Source: Camelus dromedarius
Taxonomy: Eukaryota
Assembly (NCBI RefSeq): GCF_036321535.1
Contig: NC_087436.1
Location: 81,842,001 to 81,906,000 of the forward strand
Length of the DNA stretch: 64,000 bases
Reading direction: 5' to 3'
Part shown: piece after piece, positions 12,650 through 27,500 of the stretch
How positions within the stretch are numbered: the first letter of the stretch is position 1
Layout of the letters: every line of letters starts with the position of its first letter
Notes under the pieces: model-generated
What the model was told of the DNA's origin: nothing
What the model saw: the letters and a program-made list of their open reading frames with translations, nothing else
The model's database searches: none
Position numbers and translations under genes: made by a program

Positions 12650-12846
12650 TTTTAAATTTATTTTTTAATTGAAATATGGTCAGTTTACAATGTGTCAATT
12701 TCTGGTGTACAGCACAATACTTCAGTCATATAGGAACATAAATAATCTTTTTAACCCAAAGTTACTACAAGATATTGAATATAGTTCCTTGTGCTGTGCA
12801 GTATAAACTTGTTTATCTATTTTATATATAGTGGTTAGTATCTGCA
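12650..12846 (-). mobile_element. Short LINE-1 3' end fragment, same family as the 19123 and 63103 copies
   Basis: cagtttacaatgtgtcaatttctggtgtacagcacaat matches the other copies; T-rich left end. Confidence 0.8.
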
Positions 12847-14559
12847 ACTACTCAGAAGTTATAAAACTTAAATTGCATTTTTCTGGAGGCATGCCTCAAA
12901 TGGAGGAAGTGGATGTAAAAATTGGCCAATCAGTTGCTTTTGGTAGATGGTAGGTATGGAATTATGTATTTTTTTATTAAGAAAAACAGATTAAATCCTT
13001 GCCTTATTCTACTTTTAATAGGTTAAGGATTGGAAAAGCATCAGTGTGGCTTATATCAATCGAGGATGTATTATTTTTCCAGCTCATCTTATTGCCCAGC
13101 CCAAATATACTTAGAGACAGGGACTACTGGGGTATGCTGCTGCCACTGCTGCTTCCTCTTTGACAGAGTTTGTAATTTTTAAATAAACTATGAAACATTT
13201 TTTGTGGTCTAATTAAATTGTAATTAAAAGCCATTGAAATGGGAAGGAAACACGACCATACTCCTGCCAGTGCATGTAGGAGGTAGGAGTTTCTCCTGTC
13301 AACATATTCTTATTTTGGAAAATACTTTGAAGAAGTCTGTGCCATTAATTAGAATGGTGAATGGAAGGTTTTCTCCTGTCAGGTCTCTGATGTAACCAAG
13401 TGTGTCTCATTTGAGTTAATGTCCCTTTACAAGGTAAGGGCCTGAACAAGGAGAGAGGATATTGGCTCTCAGAAGGATTAATGCTGATGGGAAGGGTAAG
13501 GGTCTGTTGCTCTGCTCTTCCCATTTTTTTCTCTGAGAGCTTTTCTTAATTTGAAAATTAAGATGAGTTGAACAACTCAGGAACTGGGTTTTAAAAGTTT
13601 TTAGCGAGTAAGTTAATATGACATTCAGTGGTCTAAGTTAAAGTTACATACGCACTGTAAATATGTCACATCAAAACTGTGGTCTGTAAACTGCTCCAGG
13701 AGGAACGATTCTAGCAATCCTGTGAGTCTAGGGGGCAAAATGAAAACATCTTTAAGACTCCTGCCTTATTTCTGTTTTAGTGTCAGGCACTGTGAATAAG
13801 CATCCTGTTCTATCCTGTCCAAAGAATGTACAAGTATAGCTAATAGCTTGTGAGGCAGTAGGAGACCAATTGTTTAACTTCTTAGAATAAAAAGCAGCAA
13901 CTCCTGAATGGTCTAATGTTGAGGCCACTGTAGATTTGAACCACAGATGAACATATTTTTCCCAGAGTTTGCTATCAGGTGCTGAGGAAATACAGGAACA
14001 GGAACTGGTTTAAGCACCTGTTTAAGCGTTTTTTGACTTATCCTGTGCTCCACCATTGAACCTTGGTTTTTCTTTTTTTCTTTTTTTTTCTTTGATTCCA
14101 GTGTGAAAATTAACCGAAACAAACTTTCTCAGAGAGAATTCTACTGTAGTATAAAGAATGTGTACTTTACTGTCTCAGAAACGTGTCCAAATCCTAGAGA
14201 ACGTCTTTAAATTTACTTTCCACATCTGTAAATAATTTAATAGTATCTACCTCCCAAGATATTTTGAGGATTGAAATTAAGTAATATACACAAAGGCGGC
14301 AAGTAAAAATTGACGCTCATAGTTTATTTCCTTCCTTTCTAATCTCTTTTTCATAATTGAACAACAGTCAATAATAGCAAAAACTTATGATTGTACACCC
14401 GAATCATTCCTGAATGTTTAGAACCTGTAACTCATATTAGCCCTCAGGGGTTTTGACTTGAATCTGGGTTGTTGAAAGGCCCTCTTTGGTGACCAGCAAA
14501 GAAATGTCCTTGGTTGCATACTGCATCTATGCTTAATAAAAGAGTTTTTCTTTCTAGTT

Positions 14560-14735
14560 TAGTGATACTTTGGCTGCATGTTAGAATCACCTGGGGAACT
14601 TTTAAAAATCTTTATGCTCAGAACTCAGTTTAGACCAATTAAACCAGAACTTTGGGGGTGGGACCCAGACAACCATATTTTTAGAAGTTCCCTAATAAAT
14701 TACAACATGGAGCCAACTTGTCAACTAATATTCTA
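14560..14735. mobile_element. MER5A-like hAT-Charlie element
   Basis: ttggctgcatgttagaatcacctggggaactttt...ggggtgggaccc signature. Confidence 0.75.
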
Positions 14736-17700
14736 GTCCTCTCTAGAAGGTGAATGTAAAAAACTTGATTCCCACAAACACAGCATCATTTTTATGTTGT
14801 AAAGTCCTTTCCTTTACATAAATCACAAGAATTTAAAAAAATAAAATACGTCTCAGAAGCATCTATGTATATGCCCATCTACAGGATTTTTATTATTTGA
14901 GTCAGAATTTAAGGTATAAATATTTCCCTCCAGTTCCTTAGAGCTGCACATGTGGTTAAATTTAAATGAATTTTAATTAGATGCAATTTAAAATTCAGTT
15001 CCTTATTCCCACTAGGCACATTTTAAGTGCTCAGTAGTCACTTGTGGCCATTAGCTACTGTATCGAAGAGCTGAGATACAGAACATTTCTATCATCACAA
15101 AAACCTAGAGGTTTTAAAATTTGTATTCCAATTTCTCATCATCTGAAATGATATATATATGATATGTGTATATATATATAGTAATTTCCTTCAGACTTAT
15201 AATTTAAAATTATGTATTTTTGATAGTTTTTTTAAGAGGAGAAATATCACTTTTTTGATGCTTGTATTACCTCTCTTCTCAATTGCTTGTATCAAATTGT
15301 GAGGTTTTCCTTTTCAGAGTTAACTGAGAGGAGAAACTTGAGTTGTCCTTCTGTTTATTATTTATATCAGTACGCTGGGAATCTAACCAGCGGCTTCGTT
15401 GCTCTTGTACTATGGTCGTTTCAGGAAATAGAGAAGCTCATCACTTCAACTTATGTGTTAGGATTTGACTCAGAGTTTTTCTATCTGGAGAAGGTTCTTT
15501 TTTTTTTTTTTTTTTCTCTTACAAATAGAGACTCTTAGCTGTCATATGATATAATTTAACTCCAACAGAAAACCGTCTTGTTAGTTTTAACATGAACATA
15601 CAGATACATGAGAAACTTTATTTCTTCCCGCAAGAAAGCATCCCCTTCAGCAAAAATGAGGCTCCTAAACAGTTTGAGATGATTAGAAGCTAACATTATG
15701 TCATGAATTTTAATAGTGTTTGTCACTTGTTAACCACTGATGCACAGCTTAGAAGAAACTGCCCTGTAGTTTATCTCAGCTGCACCCCCTCCTTAACAGA
15801 CCTTAAAAAGGTCAAAAGTTTTCTTTATTGGGTTAATATGTTCTGAGTAGAAACACACTAAAATGGATAGAAATGGAAACAAAGTATTTTTAATTAAAGG
15901 TATTCCTTCTTTGTTTTTTGTTTTTTTTCCTTATTGGTAGATGCTGTATTTCTTTTTATGTAAACATATGTTTTTTTACCTACTCAGTTCAGACCAATTT
16001 GATCCAGAATGTTGAGAGTTATTTTATCAAAAGGATGTCTGATGGAATATTTTGTTTACAGTATCATTTTCATATTTTAATGCTTTTCCTTTTTGTTCTT
16101 GTGCAGTTGTGGAACAAAAATGAGCTATTCTTGTTGAATAATTTAAATTAAGGATAGAAAGATTCTATAACCTGAGAATGTGTTAAAAATATTCAAAGTT
16201 GGTGGGGTTTGGGGGGTTTTTGTTTGTTTTTTGTTTGTTTGTTTGGAAGAAGGATATAGCCTGGGAATTTTTTAAAAGAAAGGAACCGTTTTAAGAAACT
16301 TAGTTACTTTTAGCACTGATGAAATATTAAGCGCTTTTTCTAGAAAAGTATACTTTTTCAAATGAACACTTAAACTATTAAGGGATTATTTATTGTAGAT
16401 CTTAGTCAAATATATCTTCCAGAAAATATAGTGTAATCTAGTTTTTGAAGTAAAAAGAAATAATCAGTATTTTGACACAAGAGTTTCCCTTATTGTAAGA
16501 TTTTGAGTGATAAATTCATTCCCCCCTCAGTGTCTTTCATATTCTTGACTTGTGCTGAGATGTAATTTCATGGGAGTATTTAAACATAATTGGTTAAATT
16601 CATTCTTTACACAACCTATTTTGATTTTATTCTGACGCTAGTTTCTATACATAAAGGAAGGACCTTCAGGCAATGATTCAAATGTAGCATACCTCAGTTT
16701 TCTGAGTACTCTGTGAAAATTTACAAAAGCTAACGTATCCTTATAGTTGCACTTCATGAATGCTGAAATAAGTGTTTTTTTTTTTAAAAAACTGATCAAC
16801 TACACTTCAGTTAAAAATGATAAACAAGAACCTCTTAGATTTAAAAAAGCTGACACTTTAAAAATATATGTAATAAATATAATTTAGTTGAGGAATATCC
16901 AATTATCAAATCTAAACTAGCTGAAACTGTATTGTGGTTAAATACCATTCAGTTGTGCTCAATCAGAGCTTTGAAATTCTGGCACTGCTTTGAGGTGTAT
17001 AGAAATAAATAGCAAATAGGATATGTGTTATTATATACTACCTGGCAATATTGCTATTTTAGTTATAATTCAAGTCAACATATCCTTCCTAGTTCTATAA
17101 TTCTTAAAGTTACAATGAAAAAATCTAGACCATATTATTTTACATTATTAAAATTTAGTGGGAATTTCCTTCAACTTTTAAATAAAATACTTAATATGGT
17201 AACACAATATATCACATTTGTTGTGTAACTGAAGACCAAACCGAGCTATGTTTTTTAAATAAGATTTCATTTGATTCTTTCTCAGTGTTTATGTTAGTAC
17301 GTCAAGACCTCATCTAACTTCAAAGATGTTTTAAGATTGTATTGAGATACTGAGATTTAACTAAAAAATAGATAATACTGTTCTTCCACCTAAAGGGGTA
17401 TTAAAGAGTCACTGTTGGTGAACCAAGCCAGTTGAGTGATTTTCTAGTAGCAGTAATGGTGAACCTGGACTCATCTAACCGCATTCTCATGGCCAGCTCC
17501 CTTTTTAATTGTTCTTTACTCAGTAAGTGTACATCAAATTCCTATACAGTGCCAGGTGCTCTACTAGACACTGGTGATACGTAGAGAGGACACATTTCCA
17601 AAACAGCAGGTAAATGGAATAGTCTATGGCCACATATCTTCAGTCATCTGAGTTCATGCCAGGTAAAGGAATCTGTTGACAGGATATATCCACACAGAAC

Positions 17701-17831
17701 AGATGTGAAGATAAAAATTAAATAATATGTAAAAACTTTACAAATATGTGGGTACTGAACTGAATATATATGAATTGTTTTTAGATGCAGCTGTGCATGG
17801 TGTTGACTACTCCTGTCTGATTTAGAGAGAC

Positions 17832-18082
17832 AGTATAGCATGGGATTTAGGGCATAGACTCAAGCCAGTCGGCCTAGGTTTTAATTTCTGACTCTGATAT
17901 ACAGGCTCTGTGATCTTGTGCAAATTTTTTACTGTGCTTAATTTTTCTCATCTTCAAAATAAGGATAATAACCAGGCCTCTTTTATGGAATTGTTGTAAG
18001 GACTAAATAAATTAATACATGTAAAGCACTTAGAGCGATACTTAATGCATACTAAGTATATAATAAATATTAGCTATTATTG
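17832..18082 (+). mobile_element. MIR SINE, near full length
   Basis: Core ctgtgatcttgtgcaaat...tttttctcatcttcaaaataagg...gtaaagcacttaga, tail tattagctattatt. Confidence 0.85.
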
Positions 18083-18902
18083 TTTTTGGTATATTTTTAT
18101 TTATAACAAGTTTTTTTTTTAACACTGGGTAAAGGTAATATATAAACTTAAATATGTTATTTTGTTTCAAAGTTTATGGCCCTACTTTGTTCCTTGGGCT
18201 CCATATTTATTTTTCTTTCACTTGTTACTTGAACTCATTGATATATGTAACCTGTACCTGATTTTCACACACACTTCATGAAACTTGTAGAAATGTCATC
18301 CTCTCCAGACCATTCATTTTTAGAACACTGTATCTCCTGTTTTGGAGTTATTTTTAGAGCATATAGCATGCTGTTTTGAAGATCCTTTTTAGTGGTACAT
18401 CTCTTCTTTGATAGTGGGTTTGATTCAATTAAATAATATATTCATGTTATAGAAAGGTGAGTGATTAAGGAGTATATAAAAAGGATTAAGGAGAATTTAA
18501 TGCTTTCAATTAAAATGAAAAATGGTTATAAAGTAAAAGAAGTGACTTTTAAAATATGACTGTAAACCTGATTAGAAAGGAGAGTCCCAGAAATGTCACT
18601 GATAATACTGTGTTTGAGGACAAGGGTATGTATCCACCCAAAATGTCTATTTTGAAAGTAACACTCTCATATACATAAATTCTAATATATTTAAATGTAC
18701 ATGTTCACAGTCTCATACACAGTGGTATTACTTAATATTTGTGAATCTTACATTGCTGTGCCGCGAGAGTAAATGTTGTGTAACATAACCTAAACTTCTT
18801 TAGCAAGTATTTGTAGACATTTGTCCTAACTGATACTGTGTGCACTTTTAGAACCTTGAATATACTAATATACCTTATGAATCTCCAAGATGATAACATA
18901 TA

Positions 18903-19880
18903 CAGTAGTCCCTTGGTATTCTCCAGGGGATTGATTCCAGGACTCCCATGAATATAAAATCTGAGGATGTTCAAGTCCCTTATATAAAATGGAGTATGTA
19001 GCATTTACATATATTACCCAGGCAAATCCTCCCATATACTTTAAATCATCTCTAGATTACTTATAGTATCTAACACAATGTAAATACTATGTAAATAGTT
19101 GCCAGTATGCAGCAAATTCAAGGGGGTTTTTGTTGTTTTTTTAAACCTTTCCTTTTTTTTATTGAGGTATATTCAGTTTACAATGTTGTGTCAATTTCTG
19201 TGTACAGCACAATTCTTCAGTCATACATGGAATATACATATATTCATTTTCATATTCTTTTCACCATAAGCTACTACAAGATATTGAGTATATTTCCCTG
19301 TGCTATACAGTATAAACTTGTTTATTTTATATATACCAGTCAGTATCTGAAATCTCGAACTCCCAGCTTATCCCTTCCCAACCCTCTCCCTGTTGGCCAC
19401 CACAAGTCTGTATTCTATGTCTGTGTATCTGTCTCTGTTTTATATGTAAGTTCATCCATTTTTTTTTCAGATTCCACATATGAGGGATATCATATGGTAT
19501 TTTTCTTTCTCTTTCTGGCTTACTTCACTTAGAATGACATTCTCCAGTGCTATCCATGTTGCTGCAAATGGCATTATTTTATCATTTTTTATGGCTAAGT
19601 AGTATTCCATTGTATAAGTATACCACAACTTCTTTATCTAGTCATCTGTCAATGGAAATTTAGGTTGTTTCCATGTCTTGGCAATTGTAAATAGTGCTGC
19701 CATGAACACTGGGGTGGAGGTGTCTGTTTGAATTAGGGTTCCCTCTGGATCTATGCCCAGGAGCAAATTCAAGTATTGCTTTTTGGAACTTCCTGGAATT
19801 TTTTTTCCCCCATACATCTTCCATTCCAGGTTGATTGAATCTGTGATTGTGGAACCTGTGGTTACAGAGCGCCAGCTATG
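18903..19880. mobile_element. MER2-like (TcMar-Tigger) non-autonomous DNA transposon split by the L1 insertion
   Basis: TA|CAGTAGTCCCTTGGTAT...GGGGATTGATTCCAGGAC start. The element resumes after the L1 TSD and ends near cagctatg|TA. Confidence 0.8.
19123..19761 (-). mobile_element. 5'-truncated LINE-1 3' end inserted into a MER2-like element
   Basis: ORF2 C-terminal remnant (LLGIDP...FMAALFTIAKTWKQPK). 3' UTR resembles the 63103 copy. Perfect 12-bp TSD agcaaattcaag at 19111-19122 and 19762-19773. Confidence 0.92.
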
Positions 19881-22800
19881 TATCATTTTCATTTATTTAT
19901 TTGACCACAGAAAGATTTATAGAATATCTCTTAGCATCTCTCATGATAGGAGCACTGATTTGGGAACTATTCTTTGTACTCAGCCCTATTCTAGTCCCTA
20001 CAATGAATTATTTGTTTTACCTCTTCCAATTAAAAGTTGCATTGGGTTGCTAGTACAAGAGACCTAGCATAACAACGGCCTAGAGAAGACAGAGATTTAT
20101 TTTTCTCTAATATAAAGTCCAGATGTAATACTCCAGAGATGGTATGGCCGTTTCAAGACATGGCAATGAACCTGGACATCTTTTTTTTCTTCTCCACCTC
20201 TTTAATGCATGGTTTTCATTCTCAAGATGGCCACATGGTTACAAAATGGCTGTTAGCATTCTGTTCAAAGTGTTGTCCTTCTAGGCAGACAGAATATGAA
20301 AGAAATGGAGGAAGCGGCACAAAAAGGTGTGCCTTCCAGCTGAGTCAGATCCTTTTAAGGAATTTTCTTCAAAGCCTTACCCAGTGACTGCTTATATTGG
20401 CCATCCGTATATCAAGGGATGCTGGGAATTCTTTTTTGCTGGGCATTTGGCTGTCCCAAAAGTAACTGAAGAAGGTAGATATTGGGGATCCAATTACTGT
20501 TTTCTCCAGGTATCCTAACATCTGACTCTGTTTGTTTCCATTTAATAAAATGTAGTTGTTGTACATAGGGATAAATTATAGACCCTATGCTAGGTTTGGG
20601 CAGTGGGCTTGGTTTTTATCAACTTACCACTTGATATCTAGCACTTAAATTATGCTAATTAAAGTGTCTTGACCCTAGAAAATAATTAAGAAACTGGATT
20701 CATACTCTGTGGAGGCTCACAGCCATTAGGACTGTTTAGTACTTTGCATTGTTTGATAACCTAATTCCTTACAATAAATATGTATCATGCATGTAATTTT
20801 TAAAAATCAGTATTTAACCTACTATTAAATATTAAATTGAGTTATTGTTAACCTTTAATGAAACAAAATTAATATATTTATATCTGTCCTTAAATGTTTA
20901 GCTTTTTTGAAAACTAAATCTAGGTAGTGCCATGATTTGTTATTCACACTCAAACATAAATTTAGAAGCATAATATAGAAGAAAGGGTACAGATTTTGAA
21001 TTTAGGTTGACCTTGGTTTGCATTTTAGCTCTTTTAGTAACTAGAGTTATTTTGGATAGGTAATTTGAGTCATTTTGGATAGGTAATTTTATTTGTCTGT
21101 GTCTGATCTGTAAAATGGAAGTAATAATATCTACCTCATAAGGTTCCATGAGCTTTATTTCTGACTCATTACAAATATGAAATGATTGGGCACAGCCCAT
21201 GGATTCAGTTTACAAGAATTCTTTACCTTTCACTTCCATTTTCATCTATATATATTGGGCAAAACAGCAACCTAAGAAACCTGATTAATTATACCGAGAA
21301 AAAAGAATGACTTATCTCCTTATTCACTCAGATTTTAGCCTCTAGTATACATTGTGCAGATGTACAGGTAAAATCTTTTTAGACATAGTAGCTACATATA
21401 GGTCACTTTAAAACTTAAATGGTTGACATCTTAAAGGAAATAAGGTGGACAGATCTTCCATGTTCCCTTGAATGTGTGAAAATATGGAAATCGGTAGAAA
21501 AAAATACCCACAGGATTTTGACTTCTGTTAAAATAGCACCAGTATGAATGTTTTACAAGGAATATAAATTAATTTTTATTGTAATGTCATATGTTTCTTA
21601 CCTAAACTAATTATACAGCTATAAAGTATTTGACTGACTACTCTATGTTCAGGATTGTTTTCTATATATTGAAAAATACTGCAAAATAAAATGAAAATGG
21701 TTCCTACCAAAAAACTTAAAGTCTAGGTTAAAGAAAAACACAGATAGGAAAGATAGGAAACCATATGTGTTTTACAAAACAATGAACAAGTACAGTAAAA
21801 GTTTTAAGGAAAAAAAGTGTAGGTTGATCAAAGGATTCACTTGGTCAGAGCTTGAGCTGTCTTGAGGACATTATTAGATGCCTGGGAATGAGCATGGTGT
21901 GTCATAGAGCAGAATAAAAGATACAAGTGAGTCAATTCAGGAGGGAGGAAGTGTTAAAAAGAAGTGCTGAAGATGGCATGTGAAAATGAGTAGAGTAGGG
22001 GAACAGAAAAGGAAGTGTCTAAAGAGTAAAAGAACTAAGAAAGTGTAATATGAAAGACAGCACATTAGGAGAGTCTGTTGAGGAGTACTTGACCAACAGC
22101 AGCAGATGCCATAGGGAGCCAAAGAAAGACGATGAAAGAAGAGTGGAAGAAAAAGAACAATGTGATCAGTAGAGTGTTAGTACCTTAAAACAACCATTTT
22201 ACTATACCGATAAGGACAGGAATAGAAAGGAAGTTGGCAAACAGGATGGTATTTGTTGGCAAAATAGGTGAGATTTGGATGATCTAGGAGATTTCATGGT
22301 GAGAAAAATTTATTAGATTGGATATGGTGAAAGAACAGATTCTATGAGATTAAGAGATTTAAAATTCCAGAAAGTGTGCAAAAGAGTAATCTTTCATGGG
22401 GCTCTGTCTGGATGGGAAAGAATGAGCTCTAGGTAGAGCTGTTAGCTTTGGTCATAAGAAGAGCAGCTTTTTTCTGTAAAATGGAAGGGAATGTTACAAA
22501 GATAGATGTGGGCCTGTTGATGAATAGAAATGAAAATAAGGTTCTGTAAGAGAATTTACACTTAATGCCATTATCTGCAGACAGTGCTGTCAGAAGAGGC
22601 AAGCTTTTGAGTATGATTTGTTAGTGGTGGAGAATTGGAGGTTTGACGAGAGATGTAAAGGTTAGAAATCATCACTACTGGGAAAGTAATGGGAGATGAT
22701 AAAGGATTTATAGGCCTTATGACTTTAAATTTGAAAATTTGAACAGTGATGACCTAAACCCACATCTGCAGAAAATGAAGAGTAAGGTACAGGGATTGTT

Positions 22801-24027
22801 GCAATCAAGTAAGATATGGGGCCTATAGTAATAAGGAAACCTCAACGAGGCTGGGAAGATTGGTTGAAATGGAAAGTGATTTTACTCAGCACTTTCTGAA
22901 TTTGCTCAGTAAGCCAACTATTGATCAAATCTAAGATATTTATTATTTGCTGCTTTCTGCCACTTGTTAGAACAAGCTGACCAAGGATCTTGACTCTAAA
23001 GTGTGTGTGATGTTTGTTCAGTTGAAAATGATGTGTGAATTAGTTACTGCTTGATACACTTAATCTGGAATTGGGGATTGTCTTTAAAAGGAGCCATCTA
23101 CACTATAAATTCAGAAAAAGTGTTAAAGTCTCATCCTGTTGTTTAATATTGTGCTACAGTAGTTGGGTTTTTTATTTGCTACTAGTGTGACTTTACTGTT
23201 AGCCTTTATACTTATTTATTATTAGTTATCACTAGGATTCACAATTTTACGTTAACTGGGAATCTCTTCTGCAAATTGCTTTGGCTCCAAAAGAACTTTC
23301 TATCCTCTTAGAAGTTAGCATTGTACTTGACAGATATCAATCCCTAAAAAGTTTTGAAATGAACCTCATTAAATTTTTAATTCAGATTAATGTTTTATCT
23401 GCTATACCAAGTGTGATTGTTTAAAAAGTAAAATTCAAAAGTATATTTAGTACTTTACCAACTCAGGACTTGATATATTTTTTGAATCCTGAAACAACAT
23501 ATACAAAACTTCTTGGCTATCTACGAATATTTGATTGATTGTCTAAAGTCACTTAGTTGATTGTTAAGTAACAGCAAAATTCACTGTAGGCCTATAAAAA
23601 TAATATCTTGGCTGGCCATGTCATCTAAAAGATTAACCACCATTGCCCTGATTAATAAAGTGTCCATAATGGTGGCTGGAGCATTTTCCTCTTCTGTTTT
23701 TTATATTACCAAATAGTTCTAAGAAAAAAAAAACAACTAGAGGAAATAATGTTACTCTAGCTTATAAATTACTCCTGGTTCACTTAGCATCCTTTTAAAT
23801 ATATTTGACCTCATCATGTGAAAAAGACTTAATCAAGAATTTCTTACTGTCTAAAGAGAAACATGATATATGCTATAAACTACAAAATTCATATTTATGA
23901 TTCCGTTAAAACTATTATTTAATCTTTTAAAAATTTATTTAAATCCTCTTTTACTATGCTAATACAGGACATTATAAAGGTTTTTATATCTCTGTATTTT
24001 AAGAGTTAGCTTTTTAGACTGAACAAA

Positions 24028-24149
24028 TTTTTTTTTTTTAATTTAAAAAAAAATGTATTTTTTCCCCTTAACGGAAGCACTGGCAGTTGAACCCAGGACC
24101 TCATGCATGGCAAGCACACGCTCTACCACTGAGCTCTACCTCCCACCCA
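24028..24149 (-). mobile_element. tRNA-derived SINE (Vic-1-like)
   Basis: Reverse complement has an A box (AGCTCAGTGGTAG) and B box (GGTTCAACT); T-run tail on the left; similar to the 31404 copy. Confidence 0.85.
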
Positions 24150-24319
24150 CTGAATAGTGTTTTAAAGGCCAATTATATGGGGCAGCAGTTTGTAACTATG
24201 CACCAGTGCCGTCATACTCTGTAGATTAAGCCAATAATTTATACACAAACCACACATGTATATGTTTATGATATCTTTCAAGTAACCTAAGTGAAAAGTG
24301 AAAATAGTTCTAATGACAA

Positions 24320-24555
24320 GATACTATTTGTGTATTTACTACATGCTAGGCACTATTTTAAGAATTTAAAATAAGATATTAGTAATTTTTATAAGAAATC
24401 TATAAGATAGATGTTATCATTCTTATTTTACAGGTGAGAAAACTGAGGCTTAGAGAGGCTTAGTGAGTTGCCATAGATCACACAGCAGGTTGGTAGTGGA
24501 GCAGGGATTTTGATCCATGTCTGTCTGATTCCACAGTCAATTATCTTAACCATAA
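24320..24555 (-). mobile_element. MIR SINE (other MIR fragments at about 3.9-4.1k, 14.2k, 21.0-21.2k, 25.4-25.6k, 30.1-30.35k, 37.2-37.5k and 55.2k)
   Basis: attttacaggtgagaaaactgaggcttagagaggcttagtgagttgcc core. Confidence 0.85.
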
Positions 24556-27500
24556 CTTCTCCTTTAGTATATGTTAACACAAGGAATATCAAGGAGAAGC
24601 AAAAAAGTACCTCAATTTACATAGGAAATGTGGAAGAGAACTCCACAGTCTATGTTGGAATCTAAGTTTATGGAATTGTTCATCTTTAAAAACATGTTGT
24701 TCTTGAAATGGTAGTGTATTTTCTTTTCAGCTTTTTTCTCCCCAAGGTCTCCCCCTACTAACTTGTGGTCTTCCTAGCATTAAGTTCCTATAAACTGTTG
24801 GGTAAAGGTAAAAAACTGTCCTTTTGAAAATGTTTTTAAAGTGTTTAAATGCTCATCACAGCATTATTTGCAAAGGTATAAAATTGGAAACAACATAAAT
24901 AGTTTACAGAGGAGGAATGGTTTTAAGTATACTAAATCCTCATAATGGAATTTTGTGATCATCAAAAATTAGTTGATGAGAGGTTGTTTATTACATGGAA
25001 ATATAATGTTAAATGGAAAAAAGATAAAGCTTAGTAAATAAAGTATGATTATAGTCATAGTTTTTGTTTTACTTTACTTTTTATGAAAATTTTCAATGTA
25101 AAAAGGCCAGAAAAAAACAAATAGGCCCAACATGGTGATGTATAAAGGAAAATCAACCTGTTTTAGAGTAGAAAGATTAGATTATGAAGAATTAAAATAG
25201 AAGCTATTCTGTTGAATTGAGGAATAGATTATGATATTTTGCCTGAAGACTTTCTTTTTAATTTGGAAGGGGCTTACTGATTGTAATACATCAAGTTATC
25301 TTAGCCAGTGCTTTAGATGAACTAGAAGATGTAGTTGAGGCTGGATCATTTTTTACCAGGATGTTTAGATAATTATAATGATAATACACACTTATAAAAT
25401 ATGCTGTTTACTAAAAAATTAATTTCTCAAAACAACCTTAATGTAGATACTGCTAATACCTCCCATTTTTTTCAGATAAGGAAACTGAGGTAGAGTTAGA
25501 TTAATTTGCCCAAAATAATTATAGATGATTTAGTGGAAGAGCCAGCATTTTGAATCTAGGTAGTCTGTTCCAACAACTGTGTACTTTATTGCTACACACT
25601 AGATATTTTAATAGTGAAAACCATTTGTAACTTATAGTTCAGGGTTAGAAGTAATGATCTTATTAAGGTGTGGTCATTAAGAATAGTTCATGGCCAACTC
25701 TCCATTCCATTCTTAGTGCACTTAAAAATCGTCCTTTGGTTTTGTTGACAGCTGTATTTACAGAGCCCCGAACTGTTGGTGACTGCTAACAAAGTTTCTT
25801 TTTTTCTCCTTTGAATCAACTCTTTCAGTAGGCTTGCGTGCTTTATATGTGGTGGTATAAAAAGTGCCCAATAGGAGAACTACAAAAGTTTCTAAATTTT
25901 AGTTTATCATATGGTTTTAAAATTCATCCACAGTATAAATTAGTCGACATTTGCTCTTATTTACAGAAGCAGAATTTGTATCCTAGAGGTCTCTGAAACA
26001 TAAAATCAATATTTAACTCTTTCCCTTAACTGTCTTCACATCCTTTTTTTTCCCACTTAAGAACTATATACTATTTTCATGCAAATAGTGACATGATCAT
26101 GCAGGTTTTTTTGTTGAGTAAACAGTTTTGTTGCTCTCTGAAAGGGTGAGTTGTGCAGACTTTGTTATAGCAGATAAAGTTTCTATTCTTATTTTTAAGT
26201 ATCTTATTTTTTAGAATAGATGAGATGTATATTGTGCAAGATTGAGCAGTACACAGATTGAAAAGCAAGTCGTCTTTCTGTTCCTATCTCCACGTCCCCT
26301 GTGGGTGATCTTTTGTTAGCCTTCACTTTCAGTCCTGTCACCAGACACAGGAGGAAACAGTAATGAATGATATGCCAGACAGATGTTTTAGTCTTCCTTA
26401 GAGTGAAACTTTACATGCACCCTCTTATTATGGTAAAAAGTTCTTTGTTTTTGAAAATAATTTATACAAAGTCCTCCTTTTTAATATATTTAACAATATA
26501 TCTTTATTTTTCTGGTTTTTGTTTCTCTCCCCCTCAAATTACCTCATTAGTCAAATATTTCTTACACTTTTGACCTGTTAATCCCCATTCTTTTATTACC
26601 AGTTAGAAATCAGTAGTAGAAGCAAACTTGAATGTCTTACCACTAATACACTGTTTTGTTTATTAGGTTGAAATTTTTCTTTTAACTGAAGTTGATAAAT
26701 ATTTGGTACAGTCGAAATTGGGTCAATTTACAGTTGGAAGGGGAACTTCAAGCTATTTCAGTTCTCTTATGGAGCAATGAGTTAGAAAGAAACCCCAAAA
26801 CATAGAAATTTTTGTTACATAGATGCTTGATATATAGCAGTTTTTTTTTTAGCATGCTTGCTCTTCTGGTTTTCTTGGTTGAAGCATGAAAACTGAAGAC
26901 TAAATATGGAGTTACTCAGACTGTATACCTCAAGTTCAGATTTTTTTCCTGCTTAAATAGAGTGCATTGGGAGGAAAAGTGTGTGCCAGAGCATAATTTT
27001 TTAGTAATATTGTTTCAGCTCTCTGCAATTATGCTTACTTTTATGTGTACCTTTTGAAACAGAGGCAACAGGTAGGGTAGATTGTAGTTTCCAAACATGA
27101 GCTATATCTGAATTATTGGTTAAAAATAAACATTTTGGAATACTGTCTAGATCCCCAGGAATCTATAGTTTTTAAAAATGTGCCCTAGATACAGCTATCC
27201 TACAATTGGTAGAAAACTAAGTACTCTTTGCAATGTATCTTTCTAGGAATCCTCTCTCTCCTTTAAAAAAAATATTTTGGTCAAGCTTTCTTATATTTGT
27301 TCTCTGAGTTAAAAAAATACAAGTTACTTTGTTGGAATAATATATGTTCCCTGGATCAGGTGTCAGTAGCTTAAATACCTGCAGGGGCAGGAAGGGCCAG
27401 AGGTAGTTGCGGGGAGAGGAAAACAATAATGAATGATGGACAGTTGTGCTGAACTAAAGGGCTCAGACTATAGCTAAAGGGAGCATCTGCTTCCCACTTT

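Noticed and set aside
21044..21089. 23-bp tandem duplication (similar short duplications near 43597-43626 and 49505-49548)
   Set aside because: Ordinary replication-slippage duplications with two copies and no spacers; not an array or CRISPR-like structure.
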